64,000 bases of DNA, taken from NCBI RefSeq assembly GCF_009914755.1, contig NC_060928.1; one strand, 5' to 3'. The notes below the pieces were generated by a model. The model saw only the letters and a list, made by a program, of their open reading frames with translations, searched no databases and was not told the origin of the DNA. This DNA comes from the human T2T-CHM13v2.0 reference genome, Homo sapiens. Positions 1 through 12,500 of the stretch are shown here, piece by piece; the first letter of the stretch is position 1; every line of letters begins with the position of its first letter. The position numbers and the translations under genes are program-made.

Positions 1-590
1 GCTTTGTTTATGCAGGTGCTTTTTGGTTCCATATGAATTTTAGGATTGTTTTTCTGTGAAGAATAATGGGGTATTTTGATGGGAATTGCATTAATTTGTA
101 GATTGCTATTGGCAGTATGGTCATTTTCACAATATTGATTCTACCTATCCATGTGCATGGAATGTGATTCCATTTGTTTGTGTCATCTATGATTTCTCTC
201 AGCAGTGTTTTATAGTTTCCCTTGTAGAGGTCTTTCTCCTCCTTGGTTAGGTATATTCCTAAATACTTTATATTTTTTGCAGCTATTGTAAAAGGGGGTT
301 GAGCTCTTGATTTGATTCTCAGCTTGGTTGCTGTTGGTGTATAGAAGCACTACTGATTTGTGTACATTAATTTTGTATCTTGAAACATTGCTGAATTCTT
401 TTATTAATTGTAGGAGCTTTAAGGAGGAGTCTTTAGGGTTTTTAGGTAAACTATCCTCTCATCAGCAAACAACAACTGTTTGACTTTTTCTTTACCGATT
501 AGGATGCCCTTTGTTTCTTTCTCTTGTCTGATTTTTCTGGCTAGGACTTCTAGTACTATGTTGAAGAGGAGTGGTGGGAGTGGATATCCT
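1..590 (-). mobile_element. L1 ORF2 fragment (L1PB/old L1PA-like), cut by the window edge
   Basis: Typical antisense L1 text: ttttggttccatatgaattttagg, ggcagtatggtcattttcacaatattgattct, ctaggacttctagtactatgttgaagaggagtgg. Confidence 0.9.
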
Positions 591-1009
591 AAATTCTTTC
601 TTACAAATGCTGCCTAGGAAGCCATTAAGTCAGCCTCTGCAAGAGCAAACAAACAGCCCTGTCAACACACAACTCAGATCTCCATAGCACAAAGTGCTGT
701 TGCCCACCTAGGCATCTGTGAGTCACACCAGGAATATGCAATGCCATCCTCAAGGTTGCCTGCCATGGGACTGAGGAATGGGGACGGGAAGTGCTATAGG
801 AAATACCAAAATTCCTCAAAATTTACCAGACTTTTTTTGTCAAGCCCTGTCCTGATCACTACAATTGTTTAACTAGACTCTGGAGCTGTGAGATAGATGA
901 TTCTGACAATTCTTGTCAGCTCAATATCTGTTTCAGGGGAAAAAATATTTCCTGGAGATTTGTACTTCACCATCTTCTGTGACATTTTAGTGGGCATTTA
1001 TTTTTCCAA

Positions 1010-2090
1010 GCTTATTTATTTATTTTTAAATTGACAAACACAATTGTATATATTATTGTGTGCAACATAAAGTTTTGAAGTATATATGCATTATGGAATA
1101 ACATATCAAAGAGATGTCTGCATTCCCATGTTTATTGTAGCACTAATCACAATAGGTAAGTTATAGAATCCACGTAAGTGCCGGCCAATGGACGAATTAA
1201 TAAAGAAATTGTGGTATCAATACAATGGAATACTATTCATCCATAAAAAGAATGAAATCCTGTCATTCGCTGTAATGTATATGAACTTAGAGGGCATTGT
1301 GTTAAGTAAAATAAGCCAGACTCAGAAAGACAAATACCACATGTTCTCACTCATATGTGGAAGTCAAAAAAGTTGATCTCTTCTGATGAAACAAATCTCT
1401 AGAGCCTATTTGGAGTTTCCTTGGTTGGAAGTTTATTATTGCCCCCCAACGCCTGCTGCCATAATTTATCAAGAATGAGGACACTGTCCATTCAGTTACA
1501 AAATATGGGAAGGTGTGTGTGTGTGTGTGTGTGTATGTGTGTGTGTGTGTTATGGAGTCACTGTGTTCTCCCAAAATTCATAGGTTGAAATCCTAACCCC
1601 CAATGTGATGGCATTAGGAGATGAGGCCTTTGGTAAGTGATTAGGTCATAAGGACAGAGCCCTCATGAATGAGATTAGTGCCCTTATAAAAGACACCCTG
1701 GAGAGCTCCCTCACCCCTTCTGCCTTCTGCCATGTGAGGACACAGCAAGAAGATGGCCATTTGTGAAACAAGTGGGCCCTCACCAGACACTGAATCTGCT
1801 GGCACCTCGATCTAGGACTTCTATCCTCCAGAAATGTGAGAAATAAATGTTTGTTGTTTAAGCCTAAAACAAACAAACAAACAAAAAGTTGATCTCACAG
1901 AAATTCAGAGCAGAATGGTGATTATTAGAGACTGAAGTGGCTGGCAGGTGGGTTGGGGAGATGTTAATTAAATGATGCAAAATTACAGTTAGATAGGAGG
2001 AATAAGTTCAAGAGAGCTACTACATAGACTTGTGACTATAGTCAATGATGAGGTATTGTATTCTTGAAAAATGCTGAGTGAGTTGATGTG
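1010..2090. mobile_element. L1MA-type 3' fragment with an inversion (1010-1100 minus, ~1104-2090 plus), interrupted by the 1381-1882 insert
   Basis: The extreme 3' end and A-tail lie on the minus strand. The plus-strand body reads cccatgtttattgtagcact...gacaaataccacatgttctcactcatatgtgg...gttagataggaggaataagttcaagag. Confidence 0.8.
1548..1865 (+). mobile_element. MLT1A-like MaLR LTR, 3'-truncated just after its AATAAA
   Basis: tgttatgga...ccccaatgtgatggcattaggagatgaggcc...ccagaaatgtgagaaataaatgtttgttgtttaagcc. Preceded by (GT)n at 1513-1550. Confidence 0.85.
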
Positions 2091-2222
2091 ACGGGGCTGT
2101 TTTGAAATTAGTGTGGAGAAACAACAGCTGATAGCTAAACCTAAAAATTGAAATTCACAGCGTTAATGAAAGTTTTGGAGAAGGTGAAGGGTAAGAGAGA
2201 GTGAATCTAAAGAAGAGGAGAA

Positions 2223-2582
<360 letters not shown>

Positions 2583-2649
2583 TTAATTACCAGCAATAAA
2601 AATGTGAAAAGCATGAGGCATAGAAAAATGAAAGGGAAACATAATTTCA

Positions 2650-2745
2650 ATTCCTGGGCCTGCAATTAGCTAGCTGGGTGACTTTGACTTATCATTTAAT
2701 ATTTGAAAACTTTGTTTCCTTATTTTTAGAATAAGGGAATTATGA
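2650..2745 (+). mobile_element. MIR fragment
   Basis: tagctgggtgactttgac...tttgtttccttatttttagaataaggg resembles the MIR core. Confidence 0.5.
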
Positions 2746-3679
2746 TTTCTGTGATTCTTTTTGCCTCTAAAATTTTGAAATTTACGGTCATAAAAACCAA
2801 AAGTGTTATTTTTTAAAACTTTTCATATTAAATCGTGCCTTTTTGTGAACCTATGATGTATACATAAAAAGATTTCATGCAAATGGCTATAGAAATATTT
2901 TCACTATCAATTATATAATATTCAACATTTGCTGAACATTGAACATGTGTTATCTTTCACTAGTCACATGGGTTCATAGTCTTTTCAGCCCAAAGACAAG
3001 GCAAAATCAGCCAGTGTTCAGATTCCAGCGACTTCCATTCCTTGTATTTTCTAGAGACCACTGTGTTTAAGAAGTAGCAGCTTGTGTTGTGATACCTTGG
3101 AAACTGTATGAATTGCAGGCTGTTTTCAGGTATAGCTTTTCATTATTTCATAGAAAATTAAACTATAAGACACACATTAATTAACTTTCATTTAAGAATT
3201 ACAATGAGAATGTAACTTTTGCCATTTTCTAATTGGGCATAAAATACAAATTTTTAAATGTTAGGACAAAATTAGTTTTGCATTATTCACCCCAGACTAC
3301 GTATCCTGAGAGCATTCCCATGGTGTTACCACGTATTTTTTTTGTGGGACTTGGGGTCTGTATCTGATGCCAGAGTTGATGGGGGCAAAGAATGATTTAG
3401 AACCTAGAACAGGAAATGAAACAGCAACCAAGATCCTCTATTACTCTTTTTTATGTTCCATGTTGTTTTTAAAATGTCAAAATCTACCAACATTCAAAAT
3501 GTTTAGTAGAATCATTACCGCTGGATTTCTGTTATCTGTTTAAGTGTTCCAGTTCTTAAATTATTTTTCTAGTCTCTAACAGCAGAGTCATTATCTTTAT
3601 GGCACTTTATGGAATTTTTCATAAACATTGACAACATAGTTCTTGTTGCATGGAGCAAAAAGTATTAATGTAATAGCAC

Positions 3680-3925
3680 ATGAGTACATATTGCTTACCA
3701 TATGCTTGTAACTATTTTAATATGTATAAAAATCAATATATCTAATGCTTAAAATTATGCTGACAAGGTGGTCTATACTTATGCTCATTCTACCATAAAG
3801 AAACTATGGCACAGAGAGGTAAAGTATCTTGCCCAGAGTCACACACATCTAATATATGCTGAAGCCATAATTCAATTCCAGGTAGTCCAATTCCTGAGTC
3901 TGTGCTCATCATCACTATGCTATAA
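3680..3925 (-). mobile_element. MIR
   Basis: gaaactatggcacagagaggtaaagtatcttgcccagagtcacaca is the antisense MIR core. Confidence 0.8.
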
Positions 3926-4035
3926 TTCCTCTCTTCCCATAAATGAAAATAATAATATAAAATGAAGTGTTAAAAAAGAATTATATGCCTACTTGTCAAA
4001 TATCTTCGTTTTTCTAGGGGGAGAATGAGAGTATA

Positions 4036-4252
4036 TTTTTTTCTTTTTTCTTTTTTTAATTTTTTAAAAAATTGTTATCGATTTATTTATTTTGAGACAG
4101 GGTTATGAAACTGGCTAATTTTTGTATATTTGGTAGAGATGAGGTTTTGCTATGTTTGCCCAGGGTGGTCTCGAATTCCTAGGTTCAAGCAATCCACCCG
4201 CCTGGGCCTCCCAAAGTGCTGGGATTACAGGCATGAGCCACTGTGCCTGGCC
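4036..4252 (-). mobile_element. Short AluJ/FLAM-like element lacking most of the right arm
   Basis: Left monomer and linker are joined to gagacagggttatgaaactggctaattt and a T-rich tail. Degenerate TSD agagtatatttt/agagtaaaatttt. Confidence 0.85.
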
Positions 4253-4612
4253 AAGAGTAAAATTTTCTTATCTGCTGCAGAAACTGACAATCTGCTAAGA
4301 ATTTGGAATGATTAACTCAAAAAATTATACTGAATTTCTGTAGAGAAAAATAATATACATTTATTTTAATTGGTACATTTATATGTCTGTATTTTTATAA
4401 TGCATATGGCATTTACAAATTACAAAATCATTAAGACAGAAAGATTTTTACTCAAAATATGTTTCAATTACATATTTGCATAACAATAATGTAGTTTGGA
4501 GCTTCTCATTTTTCTTCAAATTCTGCCTCACGGTTTTCCAAAAAATGATGCTAAAATTCTAAACTAATGAGTCTAAACTAATAATAACTATGGAGGCATA
4601 TTCTTTATATCT

Positions 4613-4708
4613 GAAATTAAAACTGAATTAAGCTTTTATTCTTTTTGTCTCTTTAGAATAGAAATTAAAACTGAATTAAGCTTTTATTCTTTTTGTCCCT
4701 TTGGAATA
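4613..4708. repeat. Tandem duplication, 48 bp x2
   Basis: gaaattaaaactgaattaagcttttattctttttgtc[t/c]cttt[a/g]gaata occurs twice with 2 mismatches. Confidence 0.95.
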
Positions 4709-5974
4709 TAATTTTAAAGCAATCAGCATTTAAACCCACACAAAACATCCTTCAGTCTACAGCCTATGTTTCACATTTAATAGTATTTCATCCTATGCCT
4801 ATGCATAATTTGATGCGTTTTGACGCATTCAAGTATCAAGAAAGAAAAAATAATAATATGTACTTTAAGAGATAATATTTGTTCTCAATGGCTTCACTTT
4901 CATTCATGTGGGTGACAAAGATACTTGATACTCACTGAAATTATTATTTTGCATTCTCTAAAATGTTATTCTCACTTAGAAAAAATAGTAGATATAGGTT
5001 AAAACATCTTCCCAAAGTAACTTTCACAAGTAAAACTAAGGAGGCTGTTTTTCCCTAAAAAGAAACAGAACTATCTTAATATCTGGTTATAAGAATTGAA
5101 AAGAAACCAGTTAACCACATTTTTATAATCTAGTATAAAGTCAGAACAAGTTTTAGATAAAATGAAGTGTGACTTTTATGACTAATTTATTAAATAATAT
5201 CTGTATTTATGTAGTGACCATTCATCCTGACCAATGGTAATGTTCTAAGCAAATGCTCCTTGCTATTCAAAATATGTTAAAGACTTTGTCAAAAGTACAT
5301 GTAGTTAGAGGACTACTGATTAGACTTAAATATTTATTAAGTGGCTTATTCAGATGTTACATTTAAACTAGGTTTGATTGTGTATTCAAAAACAAAAGGT
5401 CATGAAACAGTTCAAAAATGGTTTTACTTATGTTTTGATTCTTGATATAGTCAGTTGCAATGGTGTCTTATTAGATTTATATTGTTCCATGTATTACCTA
5501 CATACAAATATGTTAATTTACTTCATTACAATGATATACTTTTTATAAATATTATGTGGTTTATTCATATTATCTTATTATGTACTTATTTAGTACACAT
5601 TTAAACCCATTTCAAAGGGATATAAATATGTTCTGACATGGGTACAATTAATGGGACCTTAAAAATCTAATCATAGCATTCTCCTACTTAAAACTATTAA
5701 GGTTTTTTTCTTGATTTACAACATGAAATACAAGCTACTTTATGTTATTGAAATTCATTGCTTAGCGAAACTCAAGTTGTAAGTAAAACCACATTAAAAT
5801 TTAAAAATCTTTTGAATCAAATGAAAGTTAAGGTCTGCATGAAGATGATGAGAAGGGTCAACAGAACATTGCATTTTGATAACGACGTTTTAAAATTATT
5901 ACCAGGTCAATTTAGTTCATTTGAAATCTCTTTGAAGATATGTCTTATAACTCTAATTTCTCTGCCTTAAGCAT

Positions 5975-7031
5975 AGTTATGGAGACTTTTAGGAGGTTTC
6001 CATAGATAATGGCACATTAATGGCCATTTATCTATTAGCAGCCATACAGTCATCCTCCAAAAGGGGGTGCCATACCAGGGTATCGCTTTAGAGTAAACTC
6101 AGAATGTTTTTACCACCTGCCCTTCATCAGACTGTGATCATTGTGATAATAACAGATATGACTAACTCCAAAGCTAACAAATACACACTTTTCTCCCAGG
6201 TTGCCACAGCTGTAGAATGCTTTTATAAGTGTCTACCTTCTATTGAGTGATTTCTCGTGTCATAGCACTCATGTCCCCCAGATGCACTTTAGTGTTCTGG
6301 TTTTCCTTAAAAGATTATTGACTTCACTTATTGCTGAGCCTCCCTTCCTTTATGACAGCAACTAGTACAAAGCTGAGCTCCACTTCCCCTCTTCCCACTC
6401 AAAAAACAACCTGATAGTGAGTGCTATGGATTGAATTGTGTCCCCTACAAAATTTATATGTTAAGGTCCTAATCCCCACTACCCATGAATGAGGCTGTAT
6501 TTGGACAAAAGGCTTTGACAGAGGGTAATTAAGTTGAAATGAGACATTGGGGTGGGCTCTAATCCATCTAGTTGATGTCCTTATAAGAGGAGGAGATTAT
6601 GACATAACAAAAGACAACAGAGATATGCACACGTAAAGAAAAGACTGTTTGAGGACGCAGAGAGAGAGGGTCATCTACAAGCAAAGGAGAGAGGCCTCAG
6701 GAGAAACCAAACCTACTGACACCTTGATCTTGGACTTCTAGCCTCCAGAGCTGTGAGAAAAATATATATCTCTTATTTCAACGACCCAGTCTGTGGCATT
6801 TTGTTACAACAGCACTAGCAAACTTGCAGTACTTGATCCTTGCCTCTCCCAAGCCTGTTCCCAGAATCTTTCAACCTAAGTCCAAACTTCACCACTCATG
6901 CCTCTCTCCCTTTAACTTACATGCTACGTAGTTCTCCTTCTATGTTCTTCCTTGTTGCACCAAGTTAATAAATTTAAATTTGTTTGACCCAAGATTTGTT
7001 CCTGGTGGTCTTTAAGTGATGAGCTTTCTCA
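5975..7031 (+). mobile_element. Possible old ERVL-class LTR (LTR40/41-like) split by an MLT1
   Basis: The 3' end aataaatttaaatttgtttgac...tgttcctggtggtcttt...ca resembles ERVL LTR termini. The left boundary is uncertain. Confidence 0.4.
6422..6828 (+). mobile_element. MLT1B-like MaLR solo LTR
   Basis: tgctatggattgaattgtgtcccc...gacaccttgatcttggacttctagcctccagagctgtgaga... Confidence 0.85.
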
Positions 7032-7582
7032 TCCAATTCCTGAGATTCAAAATTACCCTTGAGCTCAGGTAAATCCTCTTGAAGCAAAAAACTTACACTC
7101 TCTCTCCCTTTCCATCGATGTAGTTTTGTTCCCTCCATATGTGTAGACCTTTATAATAACAGCCTTTCTATGAATTGCCTTATGGGACAATGACTCACTT
7201 TGGCAATTACTCTGTTTTCCAACCATGAAATTGATTCTGAAAATCTCAGACCCAATGTTGCTGAACAACATATAGGAGAAGTGATATATAACTTTTAATA
7301 TTTCATTGAAGAGTCTATAGAATAGACAGTCATAAAATTTATTAATTTTTCAGTTACCTGCTATAATATTGGGACTTATGATATATACCATAATCTAGCT
7401 CTACCTTTATTCCATTTATATTTCATCTTTTTCTTTGAACATGGAAATGTAGTATTAGCTTTGTACGTTAAAAACACAAATAAAGTTTCATAGAAAATAA
7501 ACTTTGTTTTATCCAACATATAATTTTTAAGCATATTCAACCATAAAGACCCCACTCTACATATTACTTATTAACAACCTCT

Positions 7583-8051
7583 TGTGAAATAAAAATAAAT
7601 CTTGGGTCCCCCAAACCACTAAGCTAAAGGGAAAACTCAGCCTGAGAACTGCTAGGGCCAACCTGCCTCCCATTCTATTCAAAGTCACCCCTCTGCTCAC
7701 TGAGATAAATGCATATCTAATTGCCTTCTTTGGCGAGGCTAATCAGAAACTCACAAAAGCCACCATTTGTCTCTTATCTTCCTATGACCCAGAAGCCCCC
7801 TCCCTGCTTCCAGTCTTCCTGCCTTTGTTTCGAGTTGTCCCGCCTTTCCAGATAGAACCAATGTTCATCTTGCATATGTTGATTGATGTCTCATGTCTCC
7901 TTAAAATGTGTAAAAGCAAACTGTGCTCCGACCACCTTGGGCACACATCCTCAGGACCTCTTGAGGCTGTATCACAGGTTTGTGTTCACAACCTTGGCAA
8001 AATACACTTTCTAAATTAACTGAGAGCTGTCTCAGATGTTCGAGGTTCTCA
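7583..8051 (+). mobile_element. MER4A-type ERV1 solo LTR
   Basis: TG...CA termini with a 4-bp TSD ctct (7579-7582 and 8052-8055). Contains aacctgcctcccattctattcaaagtcacccctctgctcactgagataaatgcatatct. Confidence 0.9.
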
Positions 8052-9154
8052 CTCTTAAAACACACTATGAGAACGTTAATTTCTTAGAGGAATTAATTAC
8101 CAGTTCTTGTCAAAGTTTGATCACAAACAAGGGACCACCTTCCAAGAAAGGTCATTCAATTTTTTTTTTCCTCTGGTAAAGAATTTTTCGTAATCCTTTA
8201 TCACTGGCAAAGTAGCACACATGAAAAATAGCACCTAGTTAAGAGTATTAAGCTCATTACAGATTGATGGTTACCTAAGCAGTTTAAAGATTAAATCCAT
8301 CAGTCAATTGCTTCACTCTATTTTCAGAAATGCTACCTACTTCCTAGAAGGGACTGTTAATACTGAGACAACAGAGGTCCACTCCACATTATCTTTCTCA
8401 GGTTTGAGACCATCTTCTTTCTCATTACGAGCCACTAGAGGTGCAGTCCTCTGTGTTTTGCTCACATTATTCCCTCTGGCACTTTTCTTCTCTGCCTTAT
8501 TCGTTTTTATTCCTAAAATTCAGATATGATTTATTTTTAAAACCCTGACATCTGTTACTTAAAAAAGCCTCCTGTGGATTCCAAATTGGGTATATACATC
8601 TGTATTCTTTAATAGCATCATATTTATGTCTCTATTTATAATAATTAAAATATTGCATTTTGTTCTAAAATTATATTATTTTGAAATAATTTTCTAAATA
8701 GTTTATATACTCCTCAAATACAAGAATAACATCTTATTCATATTTGCAATTCTATGTTTATAAATGTACATATACATTTATGTATTTAGATTTATATTGG
8801 CAACTACATCAACACAAAGTAGTCTATTTTAAGTAGACATTAAATAAACGTTAAAATGGACTAAACCTGTTATGACAACTGATTAGAGAGGATGACATAT
8901 TTATTTTAGTGAGGAGATTTGGGAAATATTTTTCCTAAAAGAAAAGTCAGCAAAAGCTAACAGTAGCATTGATTTTTGAATTTAAAAGAAATGAGAAGTC
9001 TCTTAGGAAATCAGAGGAAAAATATGTCCTTAGTGCTTTCTAAGAAATATCTGTGTTTTAAAGTGGCCTCAGTTCAAATTGGAAGGGAGAATAAGCACAA
9101 TATTAGAAAACCATTAAGGAAATTTCTTTTTTTCTTTTTTGCTTAAATACAAAA

Positions 9155-9330
9155 GATCTTGGTCTGAATTCCGGGTCAACTGCCTACTGCCTGCGCTACT
9201 CTGTACTTTGTGATTTGATCAAATTCTTCTTTCTTAATTTCAGTTTGCTCACCTAAAAATTATTAAGATAATACCTGGTTCACCAATCTTCCCTACAGAG
9301 TTATTGTGAATACCAAAAGTTAAAAGGTAC
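9155..9330 (+). mobile_element. MIR
   Basis: tcagtttgctcacctaaaaatt...gataatacct...cagagttattgtgaat. Confidence 0.65.
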
Positions 9331-9404
9331 AGAAAATACTTCATCATTATAAAATATTTTAAAATAGTTACTATAATGATGATTTTATTGTAATATAGGT
9401 AAAC

Positions 9405-9499
9405 TTGGGAGGATCACTTGAGCCCAGGAAGGTCAAGACTGCATGCCAATGCACTCCAGCCTGGGTGACAAAGTGAGAGCTTATCTCCAAAAGAAAAAT
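9405..9499 (+). mobile_element. AluJ 3' fragment
   Basis: gggaggatcacttgagcccagga...gcactccagcctgggtgaca followed by an A-tail. Confidence 0.85.
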
Positions 9500-9508
9500 A
9501 CATATGCA

Positions 9509-9521
9509 TGTGTGTGTGTAG

Positions 9522-9573
<52 letters not shown>

Positions 9574-9586
9574 CTACACACACACA
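9509..9586. repeat. Perfect 78-bp palindrome centred on (TA)21
   Basis: tgtgtgtgtgtagatgtg-(TA)21-cacatctacacacacaca. Confidence 0.95.
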
Positions 9587-12500
9587 GACTATACCTTTTT
9601 ACTTCTTAATAATAGGTTTATGGAGGTATCTAGCATACACCACTGACTTTATGCCAGTAAGTTGAGTTTAATTTGGATACAAACAAGGAAACAATGACGA
9701 ACAAGTAAAAAATATATATCTCATGTCACTGGCGCCTTTTGAGACTTAACTGCATTATCTATCAAATCATTTGGCAAATATGTTAGTGTTAGAATTTATC
9801 TATTAGCCTGTAGTAAGCAGGAGGAAGCCACTGTCTGTATGCTTTAAATAGGAAAGCAGTTGATAATAATTTCCTTTTATAGGTAGGAAGGAGGGAAATG
9901 TCATGATTTTTAAGTCATTTATTATTTAACAAAATTATTTAACTTTAGATGTAGAAATAATTTATCCTCAATATTTTAATTCTTATTGAGAATAGAGTTT
10001 ACATATAAAAACGTTATTGAATTATCCACTCTTGCAGAAGTAATAAGTGCTAGAAAGAAGACTGGAAACTAAATGTCCTATTGCCTATCGAATGCTTTTT
10101 TCATTAGGATAACTCTTAACAATCCGGAAAGGAAAATTAGTGAAAGCTGTTACAGGATATTTGTTAATACTGAGGTGTCCTCTTCTTTAATTCTTCCTTT
10201 AAATGTATGTCACTTGAATATTTTTGTAGATTAAAAGCAGTTTATAAATATTTATTATTTTCTAACAAAAGTGATTTTTAGAGTTAAATAAGAAAATGTA
10301 CACAGCGACCTTTTAGGAGATCACAGTTATCACTACTTAAAAGAGAAATCTGAATGAACCAGATTGTTGAAATTGATTAGTTAATATCATATTTCAGAGT
10401 AATCCAGTTCTAGATTCTAAATTATGCTCTCAAAAGTAGTCTTTGTTGATTGGGATCATTTCATTAACAACATAACCCAACTAATAGGACAATATTTCAT
10501 TGAAAAGTGCCATGAAATAACAGCAAAATATTTACATATGTAGAACTATTTGCTAACTCTTCTTAAATTACCATTACTTTTATTCAGACTGTAGTTAGAG
10601 TTACAATATAATTTATTTTACTGTGTACCTGTTGTAATGCACTTATTTCAGAAAAAAATCTAAACCAAACACAAATTTGTTTTTTTCTGTAAATTAATGT
10701 TTTCAGAGAAAAACATCTTTCTAGAAATACAAATTGTTTATAATTTGTATAAACAATTGCATTAAGAATTACATGGTAGCATTCACTTTTAAAACAAAAT
10801 ATTTAATTTTCACGGATCAGGAGAACATTGTTTGAAATGAAATTTAAATATAGTTTCTTGGACAAATTCCTATTATAGAAACAAGATATGCACTATTGAG
10901 AAACTATGTTGATGCAATTAATGCCTATTTTGTTATTTATAAAATGTAAAAATTAGCATGATGCTGTTATTAGAAAATAAATATGCTGCAAAGAGAAAGT
11001 ATGATAAAACTTTGAAATCATGCATCATATATTATGCTACAAATGTCTTTATGCCATAAAATTTGTTACGGCATAAAGACGGAGGATGCACTGCATATAA
11101 TACTTCTATATAAGTTAACAAAGCTTACTAATGAAAATGAAGGCATTTAACATGTCTATTCTAACATTTTTCTTCCAATTTTTTCACGAAATCTTGCTAT
11201 TTTAGTATTATTCTGCCAAATGTATTGATATACACAAATACTTAATTTGCTAGGACATTTTCCTCTTATTTTGCAATTTAATTTTTGTTACAAAATGGTA
11301 AACAATCATAACTAATCATCTTTTAATGGTGATACACAATACAGGGTATATAATGAATACAGAAGAAAACAAAACTAACAGAATTTGGTCTCTGGATAAT
11401 GTGTTCATTTCATTGATATTTGGGATTTAAATCTGATAATATTAAAACAGACAAACCAACCAAAAAAGGAGCAAAGCATTAGAAATTAAGAGATACTCAT
11501 TTTCCCCCACAAAATACCTTCCACATTTTATAAAGGCATTGCTTATCAGTTATAGACATTGAATGACTGCCCACAAAGTTACAGATTGTAGAACATTCTA
11601 CTGAGTGCATGTATTACAATATGGAATTTTATATGCAATGTGGAAAGCTGGATGTTTCCTTACTCTACTAAAATTTAGGCACAGAAGGTACCCAGTGTCC
11701 TGTCCCTAAATAAGAGGCAAATAAAACATTGTAAATCTTGTCTCCTTGTAGGATGTCCAAGAAGTCTTCTCTATCATGTTTTTTTCACCTTCGTTTGTTT
11801 CAGGTTGAAAACTACAGATCTCTTTACTTTTAAGCTTTTATAACATAAATTATTCCGCTGCCCTGTCTCACTTCTTTACTTACATTTTACCTAAAATTAG
11901 AGGCACTTACAGTTTACATTTTTACACTCGATATTTTCTAAAATAGCATCAGTATATTTTCTGTAATGCATAGCTATACTTTAATCAAATACTTTAATAA
12001 ATAAAGAAATCAAAAATAAAAATCCCCAAAAACTTGAACAAGTGTGAAACCTGCACTGTGAGTCAGGGGAAAACAGTTCTATTTTTGGATGTTCCCCTTA
12101 AAGCATATTTCATGTTATATGCATCATTTAGCGCCTTCAGTCTTTACTTATGCTAAATTAAAGTCATTTATATAAATTATTTTAAAAATTTTCCAAATTA
12201 AAAAAAAACTTTCATTTTATCTTTCCCTCCTTTCCATGACTGCGACTTTGTTGCGTGATGTTTTTACCCATTTCTAGTGAATATACATTGTTTTAGTAAT
12301 TGGAGCTACAAAGATGAATTATGTATTAGAAAACAATGGCTTATCTTATTGTTTGCCTGCCAGGCACAAATGTGATGCTAGTTCTAGATCTATGAAAATA
12401 TATGTTTGGGGTATTTATTCTAAAAACATTTTTCATATGAGGCATTTACAAAACAGTCCAATAATATACAAAATATTTGGGAAATGTCAAATAAAATGTC

